DNA from: a bacterium
GTDB taxonomy: Bacteria; Patescibacteriota; Dojkabacteria; JAKAPS01; JAJZLI01
DNA: 64,000 nucleotides
Direction of reading: 5' to 3'
Assembly (NCBI GenBank): GCA_021810605.1
Contig: JAJZIL010000002.1
Coordinates: forward strand, 1,109-65,108
A model generated the notes under the pieces. The model saw only the letters and a list, made by a program, of their open reading frames with translations. It had not been told where the DNA came from and searched no databases. Positions 20,124-30,627 of the stretch are shown one piece after another; the first letter of the stretch is position 1; every line of letters begins with the position of its first letter. The position numbers and the translations under genes were made by a program.

Positions 20124-20532
20124 GGAGATGGTGGGAATCGAACCCACATCCATGAAGATAAATATATATATAGGGTTACAAGTTTATCAGTTTTAATTTT
20201 GAATTTATCATTTTACTACTGATAAAATAATGATAATTCTAATATTAGTCCAGTTTTGTTTTCATGTTAAAATCTAATATTAAAAATTTTAACACTAATC
20301 TTGTTTTGTTTAAGCAAGATAAAATTTACAAGAATTATTTTATCTCACTCTAAGTTTATTATGCTAAACTTAGATTGTATTGTGGAGTAAAAGTTGATTT
20401 TAAATTTCCAACAAATTCTGACACTTTACTTTTTATATTATTTACATTTATTATTTTAATAATTTTTAAAAGATTATTAAACTTTACTTGCCATATATAC
20501 ATCGATTTTTCTTGTCAAAACCGGTCATCCCC
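20124..20532 (-). ncRNA. ssrA: tmRNA (SsrA), about 409 nt
   Basis: Minus-strand 5' end GGGGAUGACCGGUUUUGACAAG matches the conserved tmRNA start (GGGG-UGA..GGUUUCGAC). The 3' end GUGGGUUCGAUUCCCACCAUCUCCA forms a canonical T-arm plus an acceptor strand complementary to GGGGAUG, and CCA is not encoded. There is an internal tag-like ORF ...YNLSLA-UAA-UAA at about 20356-20409. Confidence 0.85.
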
Positions 20533-20640
20533 AATTTTTAAAAGATTAATGTAAAAGATAATATATTTAATTATTATAAAAAAGGGCAAAAATACATCAA
20601 CTTTTCATTGTATCATATTTATGCTAATCTTTCAATTAAT

Positions 20641-21222
20641 ATGTTTGGTAGTAAAAAGCGTAGAAATAGTATTAATTTATTAAATAATATTGATCTCCCG
20701 AAGGACTCTTCGGAGTTATTCTATTTTTGGCTTGTTAATTATGGTCGATATATTTTGATTGGAGTAGAAATTCTTGTTATTATAGTCTTTATTTCAAAAA
20801 TATTAGTAGATCAACAATATAATTATGCAGTATTGGATTCTTCTAATTTGCAAAATAAACTTAAATCAAGCAATATTAGATATGATGTATCTAAAATAAC
20901 TTCTTATCAGAGTAAAATAGGTGAAATTGCTATTATATCTAAAGCAAGTTTTAACTATGAGTATGTATTGAATAAAATTTTAAAATTAGTTCCTAATGGA
21001 ATAACTATACAATCTATTAATTTAGCTCAAAATAAACTAACCTTAACAGTAAACTCTAATACTTATGCGCAATCACAGCAATTAGAGAATAATTTTAGGT
21101 CTGATACTAAAAATTTTAATAGTGTATATATTCCATCTTTATCTAATTCAAGTAATATAAATAATTCTAATTCAAGTAATATAAATCTTACTTTGATAGC
21201 AGATATAAATTTAAAAAATTAA
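20641..21222 (+). CDS. pilN: PilN-like type IV pilus assembly protein
   Basis: Hallmark N-terminal INLL(P) motif (KKRRNSINLLNN), a single TM helix, and a periplasmic domain with LKLVPNGITIQSINL. The start is taken at the ATG at 20641 rather than the TTG at 20608. Confidence 0.6.
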   Translation: MFGSKKRRNSINLLNNIDLPKDSSELFYFWLVNYGRYILIGVEILVIIVFISKILVDQQYNYAVLDSSNLQNKLKSSNIRYDVSKITSYQSKIGEIAIISKASFNYEYVLNKILKLVPNGITIQSINLAQNKLTLTVNSNTYAQSQQLENNFRSDTKNFNSVYIPSLSNSSNINNSNSSNINLTLIADINLKN

Positions 21223-21235
21223 TAAATAAAACTGT

Positions 21236-21877
21236 ATGGAATATCTCAATATAAAAAAAACTAGAGAATATATAACAAATAAGTTTCAAACTAAGAAATA
21301 TAGATTTTATTATTATCTAAGTGCATCTTTAATTACTATTTTGATATTTATAATATTTGCTATATATCCTACAACCACTGATATATTACAAGAATTAAAC
21401 ACAATTACTATAATAAATGGACAAAATACCCAAATGCAACAAAGATATAACTCAATTATAACTACATATTCTCAGTATAGAAAAATAATAGTTCCTAATA
21501 AATCAGTACTCTCTCAATCTTTTCCTAGTAATGATAATACTGGATTCATATTTGCAAATATTTATCAAATATTAAAAAATAATAATTTACATTTAAGTTC
21601 AATAAGTTTTTCTTCTAGTAATTTAACAAATATTATTCAATATCTACCTCAAGTAAATGGAATTAATAATGTAAATATATCTGTATCAGTTTTTGGGTCA
21701 TATAAATCATATTTATCATTTTTATCAACTATATCTAGATATCCTCAAAAAATATTAATATATAATACAAATTATGTCCCAGTTACTAATAATCAGAATT
21801 CATCTGGTATTGATATAGGGAGTTTACTCCAAGAAAAAGGTTATATATCTTTTAATGCAATAGTATTTTATTATTAA
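21236..21877 (+). CDS. pilO: PilO-like type IV pilus assembly protein
   Basis: Short cytoplasmic N-terminus, one TM helix, a coiled-coil segment and a periplasmic domain. It follows pilN-like directly. Confidence 0.45.
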   Translation: MEYLNIKKTREYITNKFQTKKYRFYYYLSASLITILIFIIFAIYPTTTDILQELNTITIINGQNTQMQQRYNSIITTYSQYRKIIVPNKSVLSQSFPSNDNTGFIFANIYQILKNNNLHLSSISFSSSNLTNIIQYLPQVNGINNVNISVSVFGSYKSYLSFLSTISRYPQKILIYNTNYVPVTNNQNSSGIDIGSLLQEKGYISFNAIVFYY

Positions 21878-21886
21878 GGTAATTTT

Positions 21887-22132
21887 ATGAAAAAAGTATT
21901 TAATATAGTAGTATTAACATTTATAGTTGTACTTATGTGGATTGTATTTTCTATCTATTCTATATATACAAGTAAACATTCTCTAATAAATATCCCATCA
22001 TCTGATACAACAAGTTTTAATAATTTCTTAAGTATTACTGAGTTTAATATATTAAAGAAGGATCAAAAATATATATGTATAACTAAAGAGTTTACCGTTC
22101 AGAAGTGCTTAAATTCTAATGTTACTAATTAA
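21887..22132 (+). CDS. small single-TM protein, possibly PilP-like
   Basis: 81 aa with an N-terminal TM helix, third in the pilN/pilO-like trio. Confidence 0.3.
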   Translation: MKKVFNIVVLTFIVVLMWIVFSIYSIYTSKHSLINIPSSDTTSFNNFLSITEFNILKKDQKYICITKEFTVQKCLNSNVTN

Positions 22133-22333
22133 TCATATAATTTAAAATCTATTATTTCATAATTTATCTCGTTAAGAATTTATACTAGTTGACAATATAG
22201 ATGTGAGTATGTTAGTATTATTTTATTGTATTAATTGTGTTTTAATGAATAAAGCTTCATTACTTTTTTTTGTTTTTAAATATTAATCTCTTAAGTGAGT
22301 TAATTTTTTTTGTTTATATAATATTAAATATAC

Positions 22334-25300
22334 ATGGATAGAATAAATCTTTCAACCGTTTATCATTCAAATAACAAAATTTTCGATTACCCGGATTTAA
22401 TAGAAGCACAAATAAACTCATATAATTTATTTCTTGAAGAGAATATTAAGTCTTTATTTGATGAAATTAATCCTATTGTTGATAATACTGGGAAATTGTG
22501 GGTTTTAGAATTTTTGGATTATAGGTTTGGAGATATTAGTCGATCTCCTAAAGAAGCTATAAGAAAAGGTTTGAGTTATGTAAGGCCTCTTTATTTTAAT
22601 GTAGAGCTTACTAATAAGGTTACAGGTGAAGTAAAAAATCAAGAACTTTTTATTGCAGAATTACCTGTTATGACTGAATCTGGAAGTTTTATTATTAATG
22701 GACATGAGAGAGTTGTGATTCATCAAATAGTAAGGTCAGAAGGAGTTTTATTTACTGAGAATGGTAAATCATTCAATAATAAACAGAGTTTATATTCTGC
22801 AAAACTTATTACAGCAATTGGTCCTTGGGTTACATTTGAAGTTAATAAGCATAATGTTATGTCTTTGAAATTTGCACCTAGGAAAAATAAAATATTAGTA
22901 ACAACATTGCTTAGAGCTTTAGGTTATTCTACAAATTCAGATATATTAAATTTATTTTCAGATGTAGATAATAATCAAGATAGAAGGTTTATTGATTCTA
23001 CATTAGTTAAAGATACTACTCATAATCATACGGAGGCAGTATTAGAAATTTATAGAAAGATAAGACCTGATATCTCAGTAAATTATGATAATGCTTTAGC
23101 TTATATTAATAGTTTATTTTTTAATCCAAGAAAGTTATATTTAGGAAAAACAGGTAGGTATAAATTAAATAAAAAATTAGGATTTGATAGACCTCTGAAT
23201 AAAGATAATTATGTCTTATTTAAGGAGGATATTGTAGCTATAATAAAAAGATTGATAGAGGTAAATAATGGTACTGTTCCTGCTGATGATGTAGATTCAC
23301 TAAGTAATAGAAGAGTTAAAAGTGTAGGAGAATTACTTTCAGATTACATTAGAGTAGGTGTAAGGAGAGTAGAAAAGATAGTAAAAGATAGAATGAGTAT
23401 TATGTCAGCAGATGAACTGTTAACTCCTTCAATGCTTGTAAGTGCAAAGCCTTTTGTATCTGTTATAAATGAATTTTTTGGGAGTAGTTCTGTATCTGTG
23501 TCTATGGATCAGGCTAATGTTTTAAGTGAAATTAGTAATAAGAGAAGAGTTACTGCAGGTGGTCCTGGAGGATTAACTAAGGAGAGTGCTACTTTTTCAG
23601 TTAGAGATATGCATTATTCTCAATATTCTAGATTATGTCCTGTTGAAACTCCAGAAGGACAACATATTGGAATAGTAAATCACTTAAGTATATATGCTAA
23701 GATAAATGAGTATGGATTTATAGAAACTCCATATGAAAGAGTTTTAAATACAATATCTTTTGATTCTAAAAATTTAGAGAATAGAAAGTTAAGAGTTGAC
23801 TTGGTAATAGGGAGTAAGAAATATAAGTCTGGTGAAACTATTAGTCCGGATATTGCAAGTGAGATTAAGAAAAACAAGATAGAAAATATATTAGTATTTC
23901 CTTATTTATCTGGTGAAGTAGAATATTTTGATGCAGATGAAGAGTATAATTTTATTATTGCAAGTTTAAATACTAATATAGATAGTAATGGAAATATTTT
24001 AGATAATATATTAGAAATCAGATCTAAAGGTGAATATTCTTTAGGTAACTCATTATTAATTAATTATATTGAAGTTTCAACAACACAGATAGGTGGGGTA
24101 TCTTTAAATCTTATTCCATTTGCTGCAGGTAATAAAGCAGATAGAACATTAATGGGATCAAATATGCAGAAGCAAGCAGTACCATTAATTTCTCCAGATG
24201 CACCAATAATTGGTACAGGAGTAGAAGGTGTTATAGCAAGAAATTCTCATAGAGCATATTTTGCAAAAGATGATGGAGTTGTAGAATATGCTGATTCAAA
24301 GAGAATTAGTGTTGAATATAAAAATAAAGAAAAAGAAACTTATTTTGCAGATAAATTTATTCCAACAAATAAATCAACATCATTTACTCAAAAAGTAGTA
24401 TTGAATAAAGGAGTTAATTTTAAGAAGGGCGATGTATTAGTAGATGGTCCAAGTATGAATGATGGTGAATTAGCTTTAGGAAAAAATTTATTAGTAGGTT
24501 ATATGATGTATGAAGGATATAACTATGAAGATGGTATAGTTATTTCAGAAAGATTAGTTAAAGAAGATGTTCTTACTTCTGTACATGTAAAATGTTATAC
24601 ACATGACATTAAAGAGACTAGATTAGGCCCAGAAATGACAACAAGAGATATTCCTAATGTATCTTTAAATTCTTTGAAAGATTTAGATGATAATGGAATA
24701 GTTAGAGTTGGAGCATATGTTGAATCAGGGAATATTTTAGTAGGAATAGTTGCTCCAAAAGGAGAAGTAGAACTTACTGCAGAAGAAAAATTATTAAGAT
24801 CAATATTTGGAGATATTGCAAAAGATGTTAGGGATAATTCTCTACGTGTTCCTAATGGAGAGTCTGGTGTTGTTACTGATGTCGAAATATTGGAAAGAGA
24901 GGATGATTCTAATAAACTCTCTCCAGGTGTCATAAAACAAATAAAAGTCTGGGTTGCTAGAACTCATAAAATTGGTTTAGGAGATAAGCTTTCAGGTAGA
25001 TTTGGAGATAAAGGTGTTATTTCAAAAATACTTCCAGTTGAAGATATGCCTTATTTGGAAGATGGAACACCTTTAGATGTATTACTTTCTCCTGCTAGTA
25101 TAACTAGAAGGTTAAATTTTGGACAATTACATGAAGTTCATTACAGTAAAGTTGCAGAAAAAATAGGATCTAATTTAGCTTTTCCAATATTTTCTCAAAT
25201 TGATGAGACAAAATTAAACAAATTAATAAAAGACTATAATATAACAGATAAAGATTTAGAAGATAAAGTATCATTATATGATGGAAGAAATGGTCTTAAG

Positions 25301-25825
25301 TTTGATTATAAGATTACAGTTGGAAAAAGATATATTTTAGTATTAGATCATCTTTCTGATTCTAAAGTTCATGCTAGATCTACAGGAAGTTATACTGTAG
25401 TAAATCAACAACCTTTAGGTGGTAAATCTAATATGGGTGGAATGAGATTTGGAGAGATGGAAGTATGGGCACTAGAAGCTTATGGAGCTGCTTATACATT
25501 ACAGGAGATGTTATCTATTAAATCAGACGATATAATAGGTAGATCAGAAGCATATAAATCAATTATTCATAATAGGAAAATCCAAATGGTTGGAATTCCT
25601 GAATCATTTAAGGTTTTATTGTCAGAGTTGAAATCTTTATGTTTGAATATTGAGCCTATTGATGTTGTAATAGAGAAAGCTATTGAAGAAGAGGAGTATG
25701 ATCTTCCTGAGGATGTATTAATTGGGGAAGGTCAGATTGTAAAGGAGGATGGAGAAAATGAAGTTATTGAAGATATTTTATTGGAAAATGATCCTGCATT
25801 ATCAGACGCAGAAGATATAAATTAA
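22334..25825 (+). CDS. rpoB: DNA-directed RNA polymerase subunit beta
   Basis: 1163 aa with conserved beta-subunit blocks (e.g. GFEVRDVH-like region, NMQRQAVP-like NMQKQAVP). Confidence 0.95.
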   Translation: MDRINLSTVYHSNNKIFDYPDLIEAQINSYNLFLEENIKSLFDEINPIVDNTGKLWVLEFLDYRFGDISRSPKEAIRKGLSYVRPLYFNVELTNKVTGEVKNQELFIAELPVMTESGSFIINGHERVVIHQIVRSEGVLFTENGKSFNNKQSLYSAKLITAIGPWVTFEVNKHNVMSLKFAPRKNKILVTTLLRALGYSTNSDILNLFSDVDNNQDRRFIDSTLVKDTTHNHTEAVLEIYRKIRPDISVNYDNALAYINSLFFNPRKLYLGKTGRYKLNKKLGFDRPLNKDNYVLFKEDIVAIIKRLIEVNNGTVPADDVDSLSNRRVKSVGELLSDYIRVGVRRVEKIVKDRMSIMSADELLTPSMLVSAKPFVSVINEFFGSSSVSVSMDQANVLSEISNKRRVTAGGPGGLTKESATFSVRDMHYSQYSRLCPVETPEGQHIGIVNHLSIYAKINEYGFIETPYERVLNTISFDSKNLENRKLRVDLVIGSKKYKSGETISPDIASEIKKNKIENILVFPYLSGEVEYFDADEEYNFIIASLNTNIDSNGNILDNILEIRSKGEYSLGNSLLINYIEVSTTQIGGVSLNLIPFAAGNKADRTLMGSNMQKQAVPLISPDAPIIGTGVEGVIARNSHRAYFAKDDGVVEYADSKRISVEYKNKEKETYFADKFIPTNKSTSFTQKVVLNKGVNFKKGDVLVDGPSMNDGELALGKNLLVGYMMYEGYNYEDGIVISERLVKEDVLTSVHVKCYTHDIKETRLGPEMTTRDIPNVSLNSLKDLDDNGIVRVGAYVESGNILVGIVAPKGEVELTAEEKLLRSIFGDIAKDVRDNSLRVPNGESGVVTDVEILEREDDSNKLSPGVIKQIKVWVARTHKIGLGDKLSGRFGDKGVISKILPVEDMPYLEDGTPLDVLLSPASITRRLNFGQLHEVHYSKVAEKIGSNLAFPIFSQIDETKLNKLIKDYNITDKDLEDKVSLYDGRNGLKFDYKITVGKRYILVLDHLSDSKVHARSTGSYTVVNQQPLGGKSNMGGMRFGEMEVWALEAYGAAYTLQEMLSIKSDDIIGRSEAYKSIIHNRKIQMVGIPESFKVLLSELKSLCLNIEPIDVVIEKAIEEEEYDLPEDVLIGEGQIVKEDGENEVIEDILLENDPALSDAEDIN

Positions 25826-25846
25826 TTATTTTATTTATTACTAAAT

Positions 25847-28800
25847 ATGTTAAAAGATTTTAAAGCTCTAAAGATAAGTTTAGCATCTCCATCTCAGATA
25901 TTGGATTGGTCTCATGGAGAAGTTAAAAAAGCAGAAACTATTAATTATCGAACTCAGAGGGCTGAAGTAGGTGGATTAATGTGTGAAAAGATTTTTGGGC
26001 CAACAAAAAATTATGAGTGTTACTGTGGAAAATATAAAAAAATAAGATATAAAGGTATTATTTGTGATAAATGTGGAGTAGAAGTAACTACTAGAAGTGT
26101 TAGAAGAGAAAGATTAGGTCATATAAAATTAGCTTCTCCAATAACACATATTTGGTTTGTGCACGAAGTTCCTAATAAATTATCTTTATTATTAGATATT
26201 CCTCAGAAAAAACTTATATCTGTTGTATATTTTTCTAGATATATTGTTTTATCAGTAGATGAAGATAAGAAAAAAGAATCAATTGAATTAGTTAAGGCAA
26301 AAATTGAAAAGGATCAAACTGAGTATGAGAATCAATTAAATGAAAAAATAAAATCTTTGAGTAATGAACAAGAAGATAAATTAAAAGAATTAAAGGCTAA
26401 GTTAGAAAAAGATGGAATAAATAGTGAATCAATTGATCTTCACTTAGAAAAAGAAAACTTCAAGTTTAGACAAAAGGTTGCTAGATTAAAAGAGGAAGAA
26501 TCTTTTGGATTTGAAGATATCGCGAAGGGTAATGATAATCTTCTAGATTTAGTAAAGAAAATAAATGTAGGTGAAGTAATCTCAGAAGAAGAATATGGAA
26601 ATCTGTTGGACAATGAATTAGAATTTTATGAATTAGACATGGGTTCTGATTCTATTAGAAAACTTTTATCTAAATTAGATTTAGAGGCATTATCTATAGA
26701 ACTTTATAAGGATATAAATTCAAAATCTGCACAAAAACGAGTAAGAGCTATACAAAGATTAAAAATAATAGAAGGTTTCAGAAAAAATAATATGAAGCCA
26801 GAATGGATGGTTTTGGATGTTATTCCAGTTATTCCACCTGATTTAAGACCTATTATTCAATTATCTGGAGGAAAATTTGCTACATCAGATTTGAATGACT
26901 TATATAGAAGAGTTATTAATAGAAATAATAGATTAAAAAAATTAATGGATCTAGGTGCTCCTGATGTAATACTTAGAAATGAGAAAAGAATGTTACAAGA
27001 GAGTGTAGATGCTTTATTTGATAATCAACACAGACCTTCTCCTCCAGTTGTAAATTCAAGGAGAATTCCTTATAAATCTCTTTCTGATAATATAAGAGGA
27101 AAGTATGGTAGATTTAGAGAAAACCTTTTAGGAAAAAGAGTAGATTATTCTGGAAGAGCTGTTATTACTAGTGGTCCAGAACTTTCATTAACTCAATGTG
27201 GACTTCCTAAAAAAATGGCATTAGAATTATTTAGACCTTTTGTTATGAGAGAAATTCTTTATAGAGGGTTGTCTCCTAATATAAAAAGTGCAAAAGTATT
27301 TTTTGAAAATGCAACTCCTGAAGTATGGGATATCTTAGAAGAAGTTATTAAAGATAGACCTGTACTTTTAAACAGGGCTCCTACTTTACATAAACAAGGT
27401 ATACAAGGATTCTTTCCAATACTTATTGAAGGAGATGCTATTAAATTACACCCATTAGTTTGTGCAGGATTCAATGCTGATTTTGATGGAGATGCTATGA
27501 CTGTACATGTTCCTTTGTCAGATGAAGCAATAGAGGAAGTTAAGAATTTAACAATGGCAGACAGTAATCTATTTCTTGCATCTGATGCAACTCCGGTTGT
27601 TACATTAAAACAAGATATGGTTTATGGTTGTTATTATGTTACTTCTATAGAAAAAGTTAATTTAGATAAAGTTTTTTCATCAGTAGAAGATTTATTATCT
27701 GGATACAATAAAAATATTATATCTCTAAGAGAGTTAGTTAAAGTTAGAATGGATAATAATTTGATTGAAACTTCAGCAGGAAGAGTTATATTCAATAATT
27801 CTTTACATGGTAGTGTGAATCAATTTATTAATGAACCTGTAAATGATTCAATAATAACAAATATTGTAGTTAGTGCAGTAGATATAATTGGGAAAAAAGA
27901 AACCTTATTAATGTTAGATGATTTAAAGAATTTAGGGTTTAAATATGCATTGCAATCTGATTTTTCTATTTCAATTGAAGATTGTGAAATGTTACCAAAT
28001 AAAAGTGAAATAATATCAGAGGCAGATAAGAAAATAGAAAAGATTGCTGATAGTTTTAAAGAGGGTTTAATAACAAGGAAAGAAAGGGTGCAACTTTCTA
28101 CAGAAGTATGGATAGGAATTACAGATACTATTGCTGATTTATCTTTAAAGAATCTTAAAGAAGGGAATTTATTTAAGACTATTGTTGAAAATAAATTTAT
28201 GGGAGCTAACATAGATCAATTAAAACAAATTATTGGTATGAAAGGGCTTGTTTTAGATCCTAATGCTAATATAATTGAGCTTCCAATTAAATCAAACTAT
28301 GTTAAAGGGCTAAGTGTTTTTGAATATTTAGTAGAAGCTAGATCATCTAGAAAAGGTTTAGCAGATGTAGCATTAAGAACATCTAACTCAGGATATTTAA
28401 CTAGAAGAATGGTAGATGTTTCTCATGATGTAATAATTAGGTTAGAAGATTGTAATAATTTTGGAGAAGGATATAAAATCTTTAAGAATGATAATAGAAA
28501 ATTAAGTTTTGAATCTAGAGTTTATGGTAGAGTATTAGCAGAAGATATAAAAAATAAAAAAGGTGAAATTTTATATTCTGTAAATACCATAATTGATAGA
28601 AAATTATCTAAAGATATAGATAAAAATAAGGAAGTTGAATCTGTATCAGTTAGGACTCCTTTAACATGTGGAGCTCAATATGGATTATGTGCAATGTGTT
28701 ATGGTTATGATATTAGTGAAAATGAATTAGTAACTGTTGGAAAAGCAGTAGGAGTTATAGCTGCTCAATCTTTGGGACAAAAAGGTTCTCAATTGACGCT

Positions 28801-29716
28801 TAATTCGAAGCATTTATCAGGAATTATGGGAGGAGTAGATATGTCTAGAGGATCCCCTAGAATAGAAGAGCTTTTAGAAGCTAGGATTCCTAAAGGAGAG
28901 GCTAAAATTGCTGATATAGATGGTATTGTAAAAATAGAAAATGTTAATAATACTGTTAAACTTAGAATTATTTCTGAAAAGAATATAAGACAAGATTATG
29001 TATTAGTTAAAGGAGATATTCCTTCTTTTGAAGGAGAGAAGAAAGTTTCTCCTGGAACTTTATTATTTGTAACAAAAAATGGGACTCAAGTAGTAGCACC
29101 ATTTAAAGGTATTGCAAAAATAGAGGATGGTAAAGCATATGTTGAGAGTTTAAAAGCTTTAGAAGTTGAATATACATTTGATCCAGAGGAGATAATATTA
29201 GTTTCTGATAATGATAAAGTTATGGCAGGGACTCTTTTAACAAAAGGAAATATAGATCCTAATGTTTTATTAAAGGCTGTTGGTATAACTCAAGCTCAAA
29301 AGTATATAATAGATAACTTATTAGATACATATGAGAATCAAGGTATAAGTGTTTATGATAAACATATCGAAATTTTAGTATCTCAAATGGGTAGATATGT
29401 AAAAGTTCTTGATCCAGGAGATAGTGATGTATTACCAGGTTCATATAAAGATATTTTCTTTATAAATGACCAAAATAAAAAGTTAAAAGAAATGAATTTA
29501 AAAGAGATAAAATTTGAAAGAAAATTATCTGGAATAACAGTAGCTGCATTGCATACAGAGAGTTTTCTCTCTGCAGCATCTTTCCAAGAACAAGTTAGAG
29601 TTCTTTCAGAGGCAGCAATTACGGGAAAAGTAGATTACTTGCGTGGTTTAAAGGAAAATGTTATTATTGGACGTAAAATTCCTGTCGGGGATGAAGCAAG
29701 ATTAGTTAATGGATAA
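25847..29716 (+). CDS. rpoC: DNA-directed RNA polymerase subunit beta'
   Basis: N-terminal zinc motif CYCGKYKK...CDKCGVEV and the catalytic NADFDGD motif. Confidence 0.95.
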   Translation: MLKDFKALKISLASPSQILDWSHGEVKKAETINYRTQRAEVGGLMCEKIFGPTKNYECYCGKYKKIRYKGIICDKCGVEVTTRSVRRERLGHIKLASPITHIWFVHEVPNKLSLLLDIPQKKLISVVYFSRYIVLSVDEDKKKESIELVKAKIEKDQTEYENQLNEKIKSLSNEQEDKLKELKAKLEKDGINSESIDLHLEKENFKFRQKVARLKEEESFGFEDIAKGNDNLLDLVKKINVGEVISEEEYGNLLDNELEFYELDMGSDSIRKLLSKLDLEALSIELYKDINSKSAQKRVRAIQRLKIIEGFRKNNMKPEWMVLDVIPVIPPDLRPIIQLSGGKFATSDLNDLYRRVINRNNRLKKLMDLGAPDVILRNEKRMLQESVDALFDNQHRPSPPVVNSRRIPYKSLSDNIRGKYGRFRENLLGKRVDYSGRAVITSGPELSLTQCGLPKKMALELFRPFVMREILYRGLSPNIKSAKVFFENATPEVWDILEEVIKDRPVLLNRAPTLHKQGIQGFFPILIEGDAIKLHPLVCAGFNADFDGDAMTVHVPLSDEAIEEVKNLTMADSNLFLASDATPVVTLKQDMVYGCYYVTSIEKVNLDKVFSSVEDLLSGYNKNIISLRELVKVRMDNNLIETSAGRVIFNNSLHGSVNQFINEPVNDSIITNIVVSAVDIIGKKETLLMLDDLKNLGFKYALQSDFSISIEDCEMLPNKSEIISEADKKIEKIADSFKEGLITRKERVQLSTEVWIGITDTIADLSLKNLKEGNLFKTIVENKFMGANIDQLKQIIGMKGLVLDPNANIIELPIKSNYVKGLSVFEYLVEARSSRKGLADVALRTSNSGYLTRRMVDVSHDVIIRLEDCNNFGEGYKIFKNDNRKLSFESRVYGRVLAEDIKNKKGEILYSVNTIIDRKLSKDIDKNKEVESVSVRTPLTCGAQYGLCAMCYGYDISENELVTVGKAVGVIAAQSLGQKGSQLTLNSKHLSGIMGGVDMSRGSPRIEELLEARIPKGEAKIADIDGIVKIENVNNTVKLRIISEKNIRQDYVLVKGDIPSFEGEKKVSPGTLLFVTKNGTQVVAPFKGIAKIEDGKAYVESLKALEVEYTFDPEEIILVSDNDKVMAGTLLTKGNIDPNVLLKAVGITQAQKYIIDNLLDTYENQGISVYDKHIEILVSQMGRYVKVLDPGDSDVLPGSYKDIFFINDQNKKLKEMNLKEIKFERKLSGITVAALHTESFLSAASFQEQVRVLSEAAITGKVDYLRGLKENVIIGRKIPVGDEARLVNG

Positions 29717-29722
29717 AAAAAT

Positions 29723-30136
29723 ATGGCAAGAGTATCACAATTAGTAAGAAAACCTAGAAAAAGTAAAGTAAGAAAGTCTAAGTATAAAGCTTTAACTTTT
29801 GTTTATAATTCTAGGAAGAATAAGTATACTAAAGTAACATCTCCTTTTAAAAGAGGAGTATGTACTGTAGTTAGGACAACTACTCCTAAAAAACCTAACT
29901 CAGCATTAAGAAAAATTGCTAAAATTAGGTTGTCGAATCGTATGGAAGTAACTGCATATATACCTGGAGAGGGACATAAATTACAAGAGCACTCTGTTGT
30001 ATTAATAAGAGCAGGTAGAGTTCCTGATGTCCCTGTTGCTAAGTATCACATTGTAAGAGGTACTTATGATGATTCTGAGGGTGTAGAGAATAGAAAGCAA
30101 TCTAGGTCTAGATATGGAGCAAAAAGAGCTAAATAG
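29723..30136 (+). CDS. rpsL: 30S ribosomal protein S12
   Basis: [17 protein letters not shown] and an S12-like size. It lies 6 nt after rpoC. Confidence 0.9.
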   Translation: MARVSQLVRKPRKSKVRKSKYKALTFVYNSRKNKYTKVTSPFKRGVCTVVRTTTPKKPNSALRKIAKIRLSNRMEVTAYIPGEGHKLQEHSVVLIRAGRVPDVPVAKYHIVRGTYDDSEGVENRKQSRSRYGAKRAK

Positions 30137-30150
30137 ATTAAAAAAAAATT

Positions 30151-30615
30151 ATGAGAGGAAAAATAATACAAAAAAGAAAAATTAACCCAGATATTAAATA
30201 TGGTAGTATTAATATAGAAAAGTTTATTAATAAAATAATGATAGGTGGTAAGAAATCTATTTCTAGAGAAATAGTATATTCTGCTCTAGAAGATGCATCA
30301 AATAATTTAAAGGTTGATTCTCTTGAATTATTTAATAAAGTATTAGAAAATACTTCTCCTTCTGTTGAAGTAAGATCAAGAAGAGTAGGAGGTGCTAATT
30401 TTCAAGTTCCAATTCCTGTATCTCCTGATAGACAGGTTACTTTGGCTTTAAGATGGATAATATCTTCTGCTAGAGATAGAAAGGGAATTCCTATGAAAGA
30501 TAGATTAAGTAAGGAATTTATAGAAGCATATAATAATACTGGTGGTGCTGTAAAAAAGAAGACTGATATTGAAAAAATGGCAGAATCAAATAAAGCATTT
30601 TCATATTTAGCTTAA
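30151..30615 (+). CDS. rpsG: 30S ribosomal protein S7
   Basis: S7 family profile and the str-operon position. Confidence 0.9.
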   Translation: MRGKIIQKRKINPDIKYGSINIEKFINKIMIGGKKSISREIVYSALEDASNNLKVDSLELFNKVLENTSPSVEVRSRRVGGANFQVPIPVSPDRQVTLALRWIISSARDRKGIPMKDRLSKEFIEAYNNTGGAVKKKTDIEKMAESNKAFSYLA

Positions 30616-30627
30616 TTAAATAATATA

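Noticed and set aside
22189-22221. TTGACA box upstream of rpoB as a promoter
   Set aside because: No acceptable -10 hexamer sits at 16-18 nt spacing (TTAGTA at 17 nt, TATTAT at 21 nt). In 27%-GC DNA such matches arise by chance, so it is not reported as a feature.
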